Assembly: GCA_035250975.1 (NCBI GenBank)
Contig: DATFEP010000014.1
Coordinates: 32,001 to 96,000 of the forward strand
Source: Nitrososphaeraceae archaeon
Lineage (GTDB): Archaea; Thermoproteota; Nitrososphaeria; Nitrososphaerales; Nitrososphaeraceae
DNA: 64,000 bases
Direction: 5' to 3'
Shown: positions 10,951 through 22,161 of the stretch, in pieces
How positions within the stretch are numbered: the stretch's first letter is position 1
Layout of the letters: the number at the start of each line of letters is the position of its first letter
Position numbers and translations under genes: made by a program
The notes under the pieces: generated by a model
What the model saw: only the letters and a program-made list of their open reading frames with translations
Databases searched by the model: none
What the model was told of the DNA's origin: nothing

Positions 10951-12068
10951 ATGTTGATTAAATATAATAAAATATTAATCATTTCTTTGTACTTGTCGTT
11001 ATTACTTCCTACTCATATTTCATTAAAAACTACATTTTCCAAAGGTGATGATTTTTTTGAATTCCCATCAGAAGAATATTATGATCGTAATAACTTTAGA
11101 GATAAAGGCTCTTCACAGCATAAAAGTGAAAACTCTGAAAGTCCAGATTCTAAAAGTTAATTTATGTCCTATAAAGAAAAAAATGAACAGTTTGAAGATA
11201 AAAAAATTCGTCTAATTTCAATATTGCAATAGTTGGAGACTGGTATTGTACTGAAGATACAAAGAGAACAGTAGATTCTATTCAAGATCGCAATCCAGAG
11301 ATAGTCTTCAGTCTTGGGGATACATCCTATGGTACCGATATGAATTGTTGGCTAGATATAGCGAAACCTATATCTGATAAAATGAACTCAGTAGTTGGTA
11401 ATCATGATTATATGTCGCCAACCATTTTTCAACAATATATGGAAAACTTTGGATTATCAAAAGAATATTATTCATTTGATTACAAAAATCTCCATTTTCT
11501 AATGAAGTCTTCTGAATCTACATATAATGCTGGTGATGATCATGGTTTCTCAGATGTCTAGGAAACAAAACAACATGAATATGTTGATAAAGATTTGTCG
11601 CACGCATCAAAAAATCCGGATATAAAATGGATTATTGTTATGACTCATAGACAGCAATATTCTTCATTATGCGGCAATCATGACTCTTGTGATCTGATAA
11701 AAAAATTGAGAGATACCTATCATCCTCTATTTGAAAAATATGGAGTTGATTTTTTATTAAGCGGTCATGCCCATAATTATCAAAGAACATATCCTTTATC
11801 TTATAATGAAATAAATTCATTACAAGCAATTATCAACGATAATGGGAAAACTGACTTCATATCCGCTAAGGGAATGTTTCAGATAGTTGTAGGAACTGGT
11901 GGAATTGATTTTGATCGTGTTACCAACTAAGAACCTTATGTTGTATACCAGCAAGATTCAAGCTATAGATCTTTAAATGTCGATGTAGCTGATAGCGGAA
12001 ATACGTTAATAGGTCAATAATATTCCAATGACGGCGAAGTATTAGATGAATTCAAAATAATTCAATGA
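10951..12068 (+). pseudogene. Disrupted secreted calcineurin-like (purple acid phosphatase-type) metallophosphoesterase
   Basis: Fragments join into NIAIVGDW, LGDTSY, GNHD, MTHRQQY, SGHAHNYQR, VVGTGG; in-frame stops at 11559 and 11928, and near 12018, plus a break after 11160. Confidence 0.85.
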
Positions 12069-12245
12069 CAAAAATAGTATTTTATATCCAATGCATCTCA
12101 AATATATTTTCTTATTAGGATATTGACGACTATTTGCAGCAATTTCCCTTATTAAAATAATGATAAATCTTCTTTTTAACATATTTTACAAAAAAGATTT
12201 CTAAATTTGAGTGTATTATATAAATAGATCCTTTATCAAATTGTT

Positions 12246-12650
12246 TTGATGAAAAACACTCTTCATCAGTTATTCGCTCTTTCAATTGTTGGAATAATGT
12301 TTTTTTCTTTATTATTCAATAATATTTACGGAGAGAGTTCAGAAGTCAGTGTGATTGTAAAAGTGGTAGATGTAGAAAAATTTAAGGGTCAAATTTGGAA
12401 TATCAACGCTCAATTGAGGGATAAGACAAATGATTCAGAATTAGCTAAAGATAAAACTACTTTTACAGTCAATGAAAATCAGACGATACAACTAATAATA
12501 GAATTATCAAACTCTACGAAAAATATCAACAACTCATATATATTTGTAGATGCTTCTTCTACTTTAGATGATATTGATGTTTTTGGTAAAATAGAATCGC
12601 CAAAGAAGGAAAACAATTTAATTACTCTAAATCTGACTAAAGCAAGATAG
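12246..12650 (+). CDS. Secreted hypothetical protein (beta-rich)
   Basis: 134-aa ORF with signal peptide. Confidence 0.65.
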   Translation: MMKNTLHQLFALSIVGIMFFSLLFNNIYGESSEVSVIVKVVDVEKFKGQIWNINAQLRDKTNDSELAKDKTTFTVNENQTIQLIIELSNSTKNINNSYIFVDASSTLDDIDVFGKIESPKKENNLITLNLTKAR

Positions 12651-12707
12651 TAGTAAAATCTTTTTTAGGCGGAGCTATTTATTTTATTTAACCTTATTTT
12701 ATTTATT

Positions 12708-13631
12708 TTACCATGTCATTCTAGATGTGTCTCTAATATGGTAATATAAATATTGTTGGACATACCCTGCATATTCTCCAAAATATTCACGAACTCTGCT
12801 TCCTATGATGTTATATTGGTTGTTCGTTGGTTTATTATTAGAATGATACTTTTTTATGTCCTCAAATAGCCAATAATAATTCTCCAATATGGATCTATAA
12901 ATCCAAATATCTATAGGAAAAGCATCTAGTTTTTCAAACGCAAATAAAAGAATACAGTCAGCAGTTTTATTTCCAATTCCCTTCAATTTTACTAACTCTT
13001 TTCTAGATTCAAAATAATGTTTCCTTTTTATTTCTTCAAAGTTTAACATTTTTGATTCAATTTCAGTTGCTACTGATTTCACAAATTTAGCTCTATATCC
13101 TAAACCGCATGACGTCAATTCGTTAATTGACGCATTGCTTAATTTCTTTGCATTAGGGAAAAGATAAAATTCTAATCCGTCAAATATTATCTTTCTACCA
13201 AATTTTTTAGAAATGTTTGTTAACATATGTCTAATTCTTTTAACATTTGTATTACTTGCACATACAAAAGTTATCATACATTGAAAGGGCTCCTGTCTTA
13301 ATATCCTCAATCCATTGTATTTCTGGTATATCCTAAAAATGATTTCATCTTTTGATAATGCTTTATATACTTCTTCATGATCATCATTTAACCTAAAAAA
13401 GAATTTCTCCCATAGTTCATTTTTAGGAAAGGATTGATATTCTACTTTATTTGTTGCAATTATTTTTTTATTATTGATTGTTGGTTCTTTTATTACAGTA
13501 AATTTTAATACTTGTTTGCCATTTATCCCATACCATGATCCATTGACATTTTTCCATAGGAATACTTGACCGCTATTGATACTTCTTATAGGATCAAATA
13601 ATACTACTTTATGTTCATTGCTTCTTTTCAT
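12708..13631 (-). CDS. 8-oxoguanine DNA glycosylase (OGG1-like, HhH-GPD)
   Basis: SGQVFLW, GLRILRQEP, GLGYRA, LKGIGNKTADC, AFPIDIW, YAGYVQQYL. Confidence 0.92.
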   Translation of the reverse strand: MKRSNEHKVVLFDPIRSINSGQVFLWKNVNGSWYGINGKQVLKFTVIKEPTINNKKIIATNKVEYQSFPKNELWEKFFFRLNDDHEEVYKALSKDEIIFRIYQKYNGLRILRQEPFQCMITFVCASNTNVKRIRHMLTNISKKFGRKIIFDGLEFYLFPNAKKLSNASINELTSCGLGYRAKFVKSVATEIESKMLNFEEIKRKHYFESRKELVKLKGIGNKTADCILLFAFEKLDAFPIDIWIYRSILENYYWLFEDIKKYHSNNKPTNNQYNIIGSRVREYFGEYAGYVQQYLYYHIRDTSRMTW

Positions 13632-13674
13632 AATTGCCTATTTTATAACAAATATTCATAAAGTATGTGCTCAG

Positions 13675-13869
13675 CTAAATTTTCTCAAATATTTTACGCA
13701 AATCATTGTTTAATGTTTCTATAGTTTTTGGAATTTCTACCTTTGCACATGCTATACAAAAAGATTGTAGAGATAAAGGATAAGAGAAGTATCTATCATT
13801 TAATAAGATTTCTTTCTTGCATGAAATACATTTTTTTAGCTTAAAGGGATCGGTATTTTTTGTAATCAA
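13675..13869 (-). CDS. Small Zn-finger-like protein
   Basis: CISC...CIAC pair; co-oriented with its neighbours. Confidence 0.7.
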   Translation of the reverse strand: MITKNTDPFKLKKCISCKKEILLNDRYFSYPLSLQSFCIACAKVEIPKTIETLNNDLRKIFEKI

Positions 13870-13947
13870 TCATTATATGTTCCCTTCAAATCATTTTAAA
13901 TTTATCTATTTATAAGTACAGAATAATATTTTTGAAATCAAAATATA

Positions 13948-15207
13948 TCATACTTCATATGAATCTCCCAGGTTAGGAGCAAAGGAGTGATACCCATACT
14001 TTTCTGAGATTTCCTCCGAAAATCTTGTACAAGAGTTGCCATCTCCATGAACTGTGAGCACAGTCGGATTTCCTTTTATTCTATCAAGTATTTCGAATAA
14101 CTCTTCTCTACTGTTATGACCAGAAAATTCAAATTGCTTAACTTGAGCAAAACATTTTCTCATTTTTCCATTCAACTTAAAACTTTTTTTCTCCAATAAC
14201 GTTCTTCCCGGTGTGTTTTCTCCTTGATATGATACCAATGCTATGCCATTCTTTTCATAATCCATCATATTTTGCATATAAAAAATTGCCGAACCTCCTA
14301 CTAGCATTCCGGCTGGCGAGATTATCACACAGGGTTCTCTAACAACCTTTTTTCTTCTCTTCCATTCTCTTATCCATTCTAAATTCTCTACAGCATTTTT
14401 AAAAAGTTCTGAATCCCTTAAAAATTCTGGGTATTTTAGCATTATTTCATTGACTTTCAAAGCCATTCCATCCATCACAACTTTGTATTTGAAATTATGT
14501 GCTTTTAACACACAAGCAATTTCCTGTGCTCTTTCCACTGAAAAAGCTGGGATAAACAAAGTTCCATTATTTTCGATAATATCGTATGCAAATTCCAGAA
14601 GTTCCCTTTCCGATTGTTCTCTAGGTTTTTGAGTAGTTTGTGAATAAGTGCTTTCGATAATCATCAGATCTATGTTGTCAAAATCTAGATCTGCTGGTCT
14701 AAGTAATTTTGAGCCTCTTGTATTAATATCTCCAGTATAGAAGATTTTCTTACCTTTATTTTCTATTATTATAGAAGATCCGCCAATCACATGACCAGAT
14801 TCATATAATATAATGTTCAAATCATTGATCTCATAAGAGCTTCTATATTCCACGTTAGTATGACTTTTCATCATTTTCTCAACTTCAATATTTTCAAATG
14901 GTAGATAAAAACCAGATATTTTCAACATATCTTCTATCAATAGCTGGGATAGTTCGATTGTAGGCATGGTTGATATAACCTGAATATTAGAAGATGACAA
15001 AAATAATGAAGGTACATAACCTGAATGATCAAGGTGTGCATGAGAAAGAACTACGGCATTGATATCTTTGGGTTTTACATGAATTGGGAATTCAGGTTCT
15101 TTTTTCAACAAAACGCCAAAATCTAATAAAATACTGGAGATCTCGCTACTTACTAAAAAAGCGGACCGTCCAACTTCTTTTCCTGCACCTAAAACTCTAA
15201 TTTCCAA
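13948..15207 (-). CDS. Beta-CASP metallo-beta-lactamase ribonuclease (aCPSF2-like, no KH domains)
   Basis: LGAGKEVGRSA, SHAHLDHSG, SGHVIG, YTGD, IESTY, PAFSVERAQE, FSGH, VHGD. Confidence 0.92.
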   Translation of the reverse strand: MEIRVLGAGKEVGRSAFLVSSEISSILLDFGVLLKKEPEFPIHVKPKDINAVVLSHAHLDHSGYVPSLFLSSSNIQVISTMPTIELSQLLIEDMLKISGFYLPFENIEVEKMMKSHTNVEYRSSYEINDLNIILYESGHVIGGSSIIIENKGKKIFYTGDINTRGSKLLRPADLDFDNIDLMIIESTYSQTTQKPREQSERELLEFAYDIIENNGTLFIPAFSVERAQEIACVLKAHNFKYKVVMDGMALKVNEIMLKYPEFLRDSELFKNAVENLEWIREWKRRKKVVREPCVIISPAGMLVGGSAIFYMQNMMDYEKNGIALVSYQGENTPGRTLLEKKSFKLNGKMRKCFAQVKQFEFSGHNSREELFEILDRIKGNPTVLTVHGDGNSCTRFSEEISEKYGYHSFAPNLGDSYEV

Positions 15208-15256
15208 TTAGAAATTCATGTAATCTGTGGTTACTTAAAGTATTGTATAATGTTGC

Positions 15257-16069
15257 TTAAAAAAATTTTATCTCCCATAATCTCTTGTCATTAATTTTTT
15301 CAAGAAAGCCAAATCCTAATTCGTCTAGAACTTGTTCAAATTCATAGGTGACGGATTTACCAAATGCTTTTTCAGCTTCCACTTGTGCCATTAATGTTTT
15401 TTTTATTAATTCTGATTTTTTTTCATTTTTGCAATAAATATACCAATAATTGTGACTTCCTCTGAGATCAGAGAGAAATTCTATCAATTTATTGTCAAAT
15501 CCAGAATAATATTTATTAGCAAGTGAGAAATTTACATCTTCCCAAGATGGAGTAATCCATTCAGCAAGTTTCTCATACCCATGTCCTTCATATTCTGCTG
15601 CCAAACTTAAACCCTCATCTAATGTGGTAATGACTATTTCTGTTTTTATTGATATTTCATCTCTAAAGTCCTCGCCAGGATCCATCCACCCAACAAAAAC
15701 TAAATCGTAATCTTCATACAACCCGTATTTCGTGTCGTAAAAATCTATGTATCTTGGTTTTGATCTGCCTATTGAATAAAAAAGATTAATGTTTTTTTCA
15801 ATTCCTTTTGCGTTAGGGATAAATTCTCTGATCTTCTCCAAAAAATCTCCATTTCCACACCCTACATCTACATATTTGATTTTCTCTTTTTCTTTATTTA
15901 CAGAATAAGCTATTCTAGAAATCCTCAGAGTATCTATCTTTCTATACGTAAAATATGTTCCACACAAATAGGGGAAAAAATATCTTTCGTGAAACTTGTA
16001 ATTTGATTTTGATTTAAATTCCTTTAGTTTTTCAATTGCAAATTTAATACTTGATAAATCATAAAACAT
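15257..16069 (-). CDS. Class I SAM-dependent methyltransferase-like protein
   Basis: YVDVGCGNG motif I followed by GIE. Confidence 0.75.
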   Translation of the reverse strand: MFYDLSSIKFAIEKLKEFKSKSNYKFHERYFFPYLCGTYFTYRKIDTLRISRIAYSVNKEKEKIKYVDVGCGNGDFLEKIREFIPNAKGIEKNINLFYSIGRSKPRYIDFYDTKYGLYEDYDLVFVGWMDPGEDFRDEISIKTEIVITTLDEGLSLAAEYEGHGYEKLAEWITPSWEDVNFSLANKYYSGFDNKLIEFLSDLRGSHNYWYIYCKNEKKSELIKKTLMAQVEAEKAFGKSVTYEFEQVLDELGFGFLEKINDKRLWEIKFF

Positions 16070-16161
16070 TGAATAGATCTCGGTGAGAGTTAAGATAATT
16101 TTCTAAAATAAAAATATTATAATTTTGATCTTATTTCATACAATTACATATACAAAAAAAG

Positions 16162-16437
16162 TTATGGACAGCCTTCCATTTTCTGGATATAATATCCCTT
16201 CTCTTGGATATCTCTTGCAATTGACGGAGGAGCTTCTTGTATGTGACAAAACTGACATTCTTCCTGAGTCATTCTCTGGTCTCCTTGACCTGCTTGGTCC
16301 AAAAATTCCTTTCCATAATTAATAGCTTTTTCATGTGGAGTACTTGCTTCCACAATTACGTCAAAATGCATAATTTTCCCATCCTTTTTTGTTACATATG
16401 TGTCATAAACTGCACATTCCATAAGCAAAATATTCAC
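16162..16437 (-). CDS. DUF2024 family protein
   Basis: YDTYVTKKDGKIMHFDVIV, CQFCH, GYYIQKMEGC. Confidence 0.85.
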   Translation of the reverse strand: MNILLMECAVYDTYVTKKDGKIMHFDVIVEASTPHEKAINYGKEFLDQAGQGDQRMTQEECQFCHIQEAPPSIARDIQEKGYYIQKMEGCP

Positions 16438-16588
16438 TTGGGAATATTTATTCTATTCACTTCTGTTATCGTTTGACGTACTGAAGAGATTTATGTATAT
16501 TTCAAAATCATAAATTAAAAACAATTAAATAAGTACAAGTAATTTACTATCATCTATTCTCTTTAGGATTGAGGTTTAGTTTGTTAAT

Positions 16589-16876
16589 ATGAAGCTTAAA
16601 AAAGAAATTCGTGATAAAGAAAATATGGAAAGATTACAAAGTACTATGGATACATTAGAATCATTTAAGGAGAATAAGGATCTTCCTCGTGTAATAAGAA
16701 ACCAAATTCGAGATATTTATGATATTTTAAAAGATGAGAAAAATGGTAGTATATCTGTTAGAGCTGCTAATGCTGTGAGCATGTTGGATAGTTTGACTCA
16801 AAACAGACATATGGAATCGCATATTCGAACTACTCTCTGGCATGTTGTATCCAAGTTAGAGAGTATTAGGGAATAG
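16589..16876 (+). CDS. UPF0147 family archaeal protein
   Basis: PRVIR, SVRAANAVSMLD, RTTLWHVVSKLESIRE. Confidence 0.88.
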   Translation: MKLKKEIRDKENMERLQSTMDTLESFKENKDLPRVIRNQIRDIYDILKDEKNGSISVRAANAVSMLDSLTQNRHMESHIRTTLWHVVSKLESIRE

Positions 16877-17179
16877 CTAATCAGATTATACATTCTGAAT
16901 AATTTTTACAAAATAACACCGGGTTGAAACAATTCAATTTATAATATTGATATGAACTAAATTTTTTAGTATTCAATAACTAAATAAATTATCATTTAAA
17001 GAATTACTCATATAGAACTAATCCTGATATTATTAGAATTGGTTCTATAGTCGTAATCGATCATCTTGTTTTAACCTAATTAACGAAATGGAACTAACGC
17101 CAAATATTAATACATATTAGTTTTGTATTAATGAAAAATAAGAACAACAATTATTAACTTTTTAAAACACATCTTTCGT

Positions 17180-17821
17180 ATGGATTCAAATACAAAAACA
17201 AAAACATTGAGTTATATTAATAAGAATTTTCTTCTTCCTGGAGATCATATAGCTTATATTGAAGAGTTTGAGAGCGGTAAAGATACTTATGTATCCGAAG
17301 GTTCGGTCCGATCATCCGCTCTAGGATTAAGGAATTACAACTTAAAGCATAGGATGGTCAGCGTCGATAGAAAGAATAAAGCTAAATTCCCAAAAATTGG
17401 TGATGAAATTATAGGATATATTGAAATGTTATTCAGTAGCATGATATCCATAAAGATCTTATATTTAAATAATACAAAGTTAGGATCTGGCCTTTCAGCT
17501 ATAGCTTCAACCAGAATATCTACTTCTGGTGGCTTTCCTAGGAGAGATAGAGAAAGGAGACCAAAATTAATTTACAGAGCAGGTGACATAGTTAGAGGAC
17601 GAATATTTAGTTTAATGAATTCTTCATCACATGCAACTATTGACGATAAAAATCTTGGAGTACTTTACTGTTTGTGCTATATTTGTGGAGGAGAAACTGT
17701 GAAGTTAAACAGCAGTATCAAATGCATTGATTGTGGAATGAGTGAGGAAAAGAAGTTAGCGTCGGATTTTGGTAAAGATGCATTATTAAGACTCGAGAAC
17801 GTTAATCAGAATCGATCCTAA
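17180..17821 (+). CDS. csl4: Exosome complex RNA-binding subunit Csl4
   Basis: LPGD-x-IA-x-IEEF, PKIGD-x-IIG S1 domain, GDIVRG, LGVL-x-x-x-C-x-x-CG...C-x-x-CG-x-x-E-x-KK Zn ribbon. Confidence 0.9.
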   Translation: MDSNTKTKTLSYINKNFLLPGDHIAYIEEFESGKDTYVSEGSVRSSALGLRNYNLKHRMVSVDRKNKAKFPKIGDEIIGYIEMLFSSMISIKILYLNNTKLGSGLSAIASTRISTSGGFPRRDRERRPKLIYRAGDIVRGRIFSLMNSSSHATIDDKNLGVLYCLCYICGGETVKLNSSIKCIDCGMSEEKKLASDFGKDALLRLENVNQNRS

Positions 17822-17952
17822 ATAGATAAACAAAATTTTAATTGGTAAATATTTTTAATTCTTTTATCAATATTTTTTGTTAAAACAGATTATAGCACAT
17901 TTCGGTAAATTTCTGAAAGTGATTAAAGGAAGTTATTATAATTTCTGGTGAA

Positions 17953-20220
17953 ATGATAATGGCAGATACAAATTATGAAATTTATAAAAAGATTAGAAAA
18001 TTATCCACGTTACTTGTAATATTTATCTTTTTCACTGTTCTAACTTCTGGCATCATTCAAAATTATTCTACATTTGCACAAGTAGGTAAATTCGGAACAT
18101 TTTCTGGTTCCAACTTTAAATATATTAAAGATTCAGAACTATTTCAATTAAAGGAATTTTCTGTTGCATCTTGGTTTAAAACAAATTCTACTAGTAAGTT
18201 TATTTCTTTCATTGTTGACAAAGGAGGCACAGGATCAGAAGCTGCTGGGGAGAATATGAATTTTGGGATGTTTTTGAATCCTCTTGGTCAAATTCAGGCG
18301 GGATTTGAAACATTAGACGGATCAAATCACTTCGTGACTTCTCAAAATAAGTTAAATGATAATAAATGGCATTATGGTACCGTCACGTACGACGGTTCAA
18401 TCCTAAAATTATTTGTGGATGGAGTTCTCATAAATGATAAAAATACCACTAATGCTGAACCTGATTATACTGGAAAAAACCGCATAACAATAGGAGCGAA
18501 TTCTCTGTTTAAAGATAAGTTGTTTATTGGAGATCTAGACGAGGTTCGAATTTGGGATCGGGCTTTAACAAATGCAGAGGTCTATGATGGATTTTCAAAA
18601 AACAAGTTTAATCTTGAAGGTCAATTAGTTTTTGTATCCTTTGGAGATAACATTTTATGTAAACAAGAAAAACAGGTCAATGTGACATCGATAGGCAGTC
18701 AAGAAGAACATCCTGCAATAGATGCAATAGACGCAAATCAGTCGACTAGATGGTCATATCCTGGTCTTAATTCTTGGATATTGTTAGACCTTGGCGGGGA
18801 GAAGGAAGTCTGTGATATAGATATATCATGGTACAAAGGTGATAACAGAAAAATCAAATTTGTAGTTTCTGCTTCATCTGACGGTGAAATATTCAGCAAC
18901 ATTTTCTCTGAGACAAGCAGTGGTCTAACCGATGGTCCAGAAAGATACGATCTTCCTGATATCAATACTCGATTCTTAAAATTAAGTATTATTGCAAATT
19001 CAATGAATGACTGGTCAAGTATTTCTGAGATAGATATCAATAATCCACGTGTTCCAGGTTCACCATCCCCATGTCAAGAATTATCTATATCTCCAAATGG
19101 TGTTACCTCCATAGGCAATCAAGCCACTCATCCTGAGCAAGATGCTGTTGATGGTGATTTGAATACCAGATGGTCCAATTTTGGATTAGGTTCATGGATA
19201 GATATAGACATAGGAAAAGAAGTAGATGTTTGTGATCTAGGGATATCATGGTACAAAGGCGATGTTCGCAAACTAGATTTCTTAATTTCTGTGTCTTCAG
19301 ACGGAAATGATTATAGACAAATATTTTCTGCTCGCAGCAGTGGAGATACTTCAGAATTAGAAATGCATGATATACCAGACACAACTGCTAAATTTGTAAG
19401 GATCACGGTTACTGGAAATAGTATGAATAATTGGTCAAGCATATCTGAAATAAAGATATTCGGCAAAGACGTTCAATCAGATTCATTTCTATCTGTTTCA
19501 CAAGTTGGAGTATTAACAAAGGTAATTAATAACAATGGTGGGGATAAACAGCCTAAAGACTTTAATATCTCTGTAACAGGAATGCAGGCTATTCCAAATT
19601 CATTTTCCGGAAATCCAGATGGACAGATTGTATCATTGAAACCTGGAGATTATATTGTGAATGTTTCGCAGTCATTGGGGTACAAAACAATATATTCTGC
19701 AGGTTGCGTAGGTGTAGTTGGACCGGGCGAAAGTAAGGATTGTGTAATTACATTGGATGATATTAATCCTCCAACCCAACCCATAAATCAAACTTTGTCT
19801 GTACAACAAAAAGAATCTTTACAGAATGCAAACAATTCTTTACAGAAGATGAACAATTCTTTACAGAATGCAAACAATTCTTTACAGAAGATGAACAATA
19901 TTAAGAGTGATGAAAGACGCCTAATATCAAATATACCAGAATTGAAGGTTATTGTAGAAGTATTAAATGTATACGGAGGAACGAAAAATCCTTCTGATTT
20001 CACACTGGTTATTAAAGGAGAAAATCCCCTACCCAATACCTTTACAGGTAATTCCAATTTACAGATAGTGTCTATAAGTCCTGGAAAATATGAAGTTGAG
20101 GTAAAGGATCTATTAGGATATACGGTTAATAGAATTTCAGGATGTGATGGGATAATAGAAACCATAGATAAGACTTGTATAATAGAATTGATCGATAAGC
20201 CAAATAAAACAGGGGACTAA
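17953..20220 (+). CDS. Surface protein: LamG/ConA-like domain + 2 discoidin (F5/8 type C) domains + 2 prealbumin/SpaA-like domains
   Basis: WHYGTVTYDG...LFVDG...GDLDEVRIWDRAL; two A-x-D-x-x-x-x-TRWS...W-x-x-x-D-x-G...WSSISEI units; V-x-N-x-x-GG-x-K-x-P-x-DF twice. Confidence 0.88.
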   Translation: MIMADTNYEIYKKIRKLSTLLVIFIFFTVLTSGIIQNYSTFAQVGKFGTFSGSNFKYIKDSELFQLKEFSVASWFKTNSTSKFISFIVDKGGTGSEAAGENMNFGMFLNPLGQIQAGFETLDGSNHFVTSQNKLNDNKWHYGTVTYDGSILKLFVDGVLINDKNTTNAEPDYTGKNRITIGANSLFKDKLFIGDLDEVRIWDRALTNAEVYDGFSKNKFNLEGQLVFVSFGDNILCKQEKQVNVTSIGSQEEHPAIDAIDANQSTRWSYPGLNSWILLDLGGEKEVCDIDISWYKGDNRKIKFVVSASSDGEIFSNIFSETSSGLTDGPERYDLPDINTRFLKLSIIANSMNDWSSISEIDINNPRVPGSPSPCQELSISPNGVTSIGNQATHPEQDAVDGDLNTRWSNFGLGSWIDIDIGKEVDVCDLGISWYKGDVRKLDFLISVSSDGNDYRQIFSARSSGDTSELEMHDIPDTTAKFVRITVTGNSMNNWSSISEIKIFGKDVQSDSFLSVSQVGVLTKVINNNGGDKQPKDFNISVTGMQAIPNSFSGNPDGQIVSLKPGDYIVNVSQSLGYKTIYSAGCVGVVGPGESKDCVITLDDINPPTQPINQTLSVQQKESLQNANNSLQKMNNSLQNANNSLQKMNNIKSDERRLISNIPELKVIVEVLNVYGGTKNPSDFTLVIKGENPLPNTFTGNSNLQIVSISPGKYEVEVKDLLGYTVNRISGCDGIIETIDKTCIIELIDKPNKTGD
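19816..19899 (+). repeat. Coding tandem repeat: 4 x 21 bp (perfect 2 x 42 bp) encoding SLQNANNSLQKMNN twice
   Basis: tctttacagaatgcaaacaattctttacagaagatgaacaat occurs twice in tandem. Confidence 0.95.
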
Positions 20221-20396
20221 ATAATTATTTTAAAATATTTCTGCTATGGCTTTTTATGAATACTTTTAGAACTTTGAACCAGAAATTTAAAATTTGAAAA
20301 AGTAACAAATGTATTATATGTTAAAATTTTCTAAACTTTTGTTACTTTCTGTATTAATACTAAAAGATATAAGATGTAAAGAGGAATATGCACTAA

Positions 20397-20981
20397 ATGA
20401 AATTTCTGATGATACTATCTCTTTTATCCGTTATAATGATATCTCTGATCTCTAATACCGAAAATTATAATCAATTGTTTGCTCAACCAACACATGCCAC
20501 TAAAGTAAATACAACCGATATCGACAGGGCTATAGTTGACATGCTTAACAAAATAAGCCGTGGAAATGTGATTGATAGCACTCTGAACTCAATAGTTAGC
20601 GGTATGAATGTTGGCACGACTCAGACTAATCTATCCCTACCAAGTTCTTCAAATGAGGCAAATTCTATTATATCTACTGATTCGATTAATACCAATAGTA
20701 AATTAGCTACTTCGCAATCTGGATTTTCTGATCTTAATAAATTCGTATTGAAGATAATAAACCAAGATAACAATACCGAAACAATAGTAGCAAGCAATTC
20801 TTTGATAGACTTCAATAACAAATTAATAAAATTCTGTACTACATTATCATTATCATCATTTGAGTGTATTTCAAATCTTAAGGATTCGATACAATCAGTT
20901 GAATTTACAAATTCTTATATGGGACCTACAAAATTGATAACTTATGTAGACAATTATAAATTAGACCTAGAAATAAAATAA
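20397..20981 (+). CDS. Secreted hypothetical protein, Ser/Asn-rich
   Basis: 194-aa ORF with signal peptide. Confidence 0.7.
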   Translation: MKFLMILSLLSVIMISLISNTENYNQLFAQPTHATKVNTTDIDRAIVDMLNKISRGNVIDSTLNSIVSGMNVGTTQTNLSLPSSSNEANSIISTDSINTNSKLATSQSGFSDLNKFVLKIINQDNNTETIVASNSLIDFNNKLIKFCTTLSLSSFECISNLKDSIQSVEFTNSYMGPTKLITYVDNYKLDLEIK

Positions 20982-21089
20982 TATTATTTAATATTATTTA
21001 TATTTGCTATTTTTATAATCAAGAAGTTGCAATAGACTTTGTCTACACTTTTATGACTTTAAACAAGTTATATTTTAATATTTGTTCTG

Positions 21090-21476
21090 TTACATTGTAA
21101 TTAATTTAACATGGTCTAGTTTTTTATTTGTTTGAAAGTTCTTTGTCATATTTCTAATCAACTCAGCATCTCCTTTTAATAAAAACACTTCCACACATCT
21201 GTCGATATCTATTTTACTATGGAGATGTGTAGTGATGATTTCTTCATAATCATGTCTCATATTCGTTACCTGATCGTCATCTCTTTCCTGATGAATTATC
21301 AATAATAAGGCACTCAATTCTCCATGCAGAGATTCTCTTTGTTTTTGTTCTGCGAGGATACTTCTCAATCCGGCTCTCACAATTTCGGAGCGGCCCGAAA
21401 ATCCCAAATCCTTTTGCAATTTATTTATATCATTTATAATATCATCATTTAGAGAAATGCTTACTATTGGCAACAT
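21090..21476 (-). CDS. nikR: NikR-family ribbon-helix-helix metal-responsive regulator
   Basis: PIVSISL...GFSGRSEIVRAGLR RHH domain; THLHS...RCVEV metal site; start placed at ATG 21476. Confidence 0.85.
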   Translation of the reverse strand: MLPIVSISLNDDIINDINKLQKDLGFSGRSEIVRAGLRSILAEQKQRESLHGELSALLLIIHQERDDDQVTNMRHDYEEIITTHLHSKIDIDRCVEVFLLKGDAELIRNMTKNFQTNKKLDHVKLITM

Positions 21477-21722
21477 CGATAAATTACTAGTACAGATATA
21501 AAATTTTATGGTTATAACAAGCATATTGATCTAAAGTTATGGAGTTAGCGAGAATATCCTATTACAAGATAATTTGATTACATTGTTCGCGGTAGAGTAT
21601 TCTTGCTTGCGGTTATCGACTAATTTATATGTCCTTGGTCAAATACTGAATAATAAATCAGAAATATTACAATAAACTAACTACAAAAAAAGGTTATATA
21701 TCTTATTTGTCAAGTCATTATA

Positions 21723-22007
21723 TTGAGCTTTGAATCTGTTTCTCCAAAAAAGTTGGCTTTAGTTATTGGGATTGCAGGCGTCGTAATAATCATAGCGTTA
21801 TTGGGCTCGTCTGCAAAAAACCTATTCAGTGGAAGCATAACAGATGAAGCCATAGTAAAGATTAAACAAGGATCTAACTGTATAGTAGAGGGGAATGATA
21901 AAATCCCAAGGATGATAACTGATTGTTCATATAAAGTGAACGATACGATTCTGATTACCTTTAAATCACAACAGCCGACTATCGAAAAACATGAGATCAA
22001 ACAATAA
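21723..22007 (+). CDS. Small membrane-anchored hypothetical protein
   Basis: N-terminal TM, two Cys, OB-like C-terminus. Confidence 0.7.
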   Translation: MSFESVSPKKLALVIGIAGVVIIIALLGSSAKNLFSGSITDEAIVKIKQGSNCIVEGNDKIPRMITDCSYKVNDTILITFKSQQPTIEKHEIKQ

Positions 22008-22161
22008 TTAATGCAATTATAGTAATTTACGAAAAGGTAAAGTCGTTAAGTCTTTCTAAATAGAATTGTAAAATTTTTTATCTTATTAATAGAAATGCAA
22101 AATATACATGAGACAATAGTGTGTCTGAAATAAAGTAACAACACTGTAGTACTACCAAATT

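Noticed and set aside
11559-11561. In-frame TAG/TGA stops as possible pyrrolysine or selenocysteine recoding
   Set aside because: The same genes also carry TAA stops or frameshifts, so pseudogenisation is the simpler explanation
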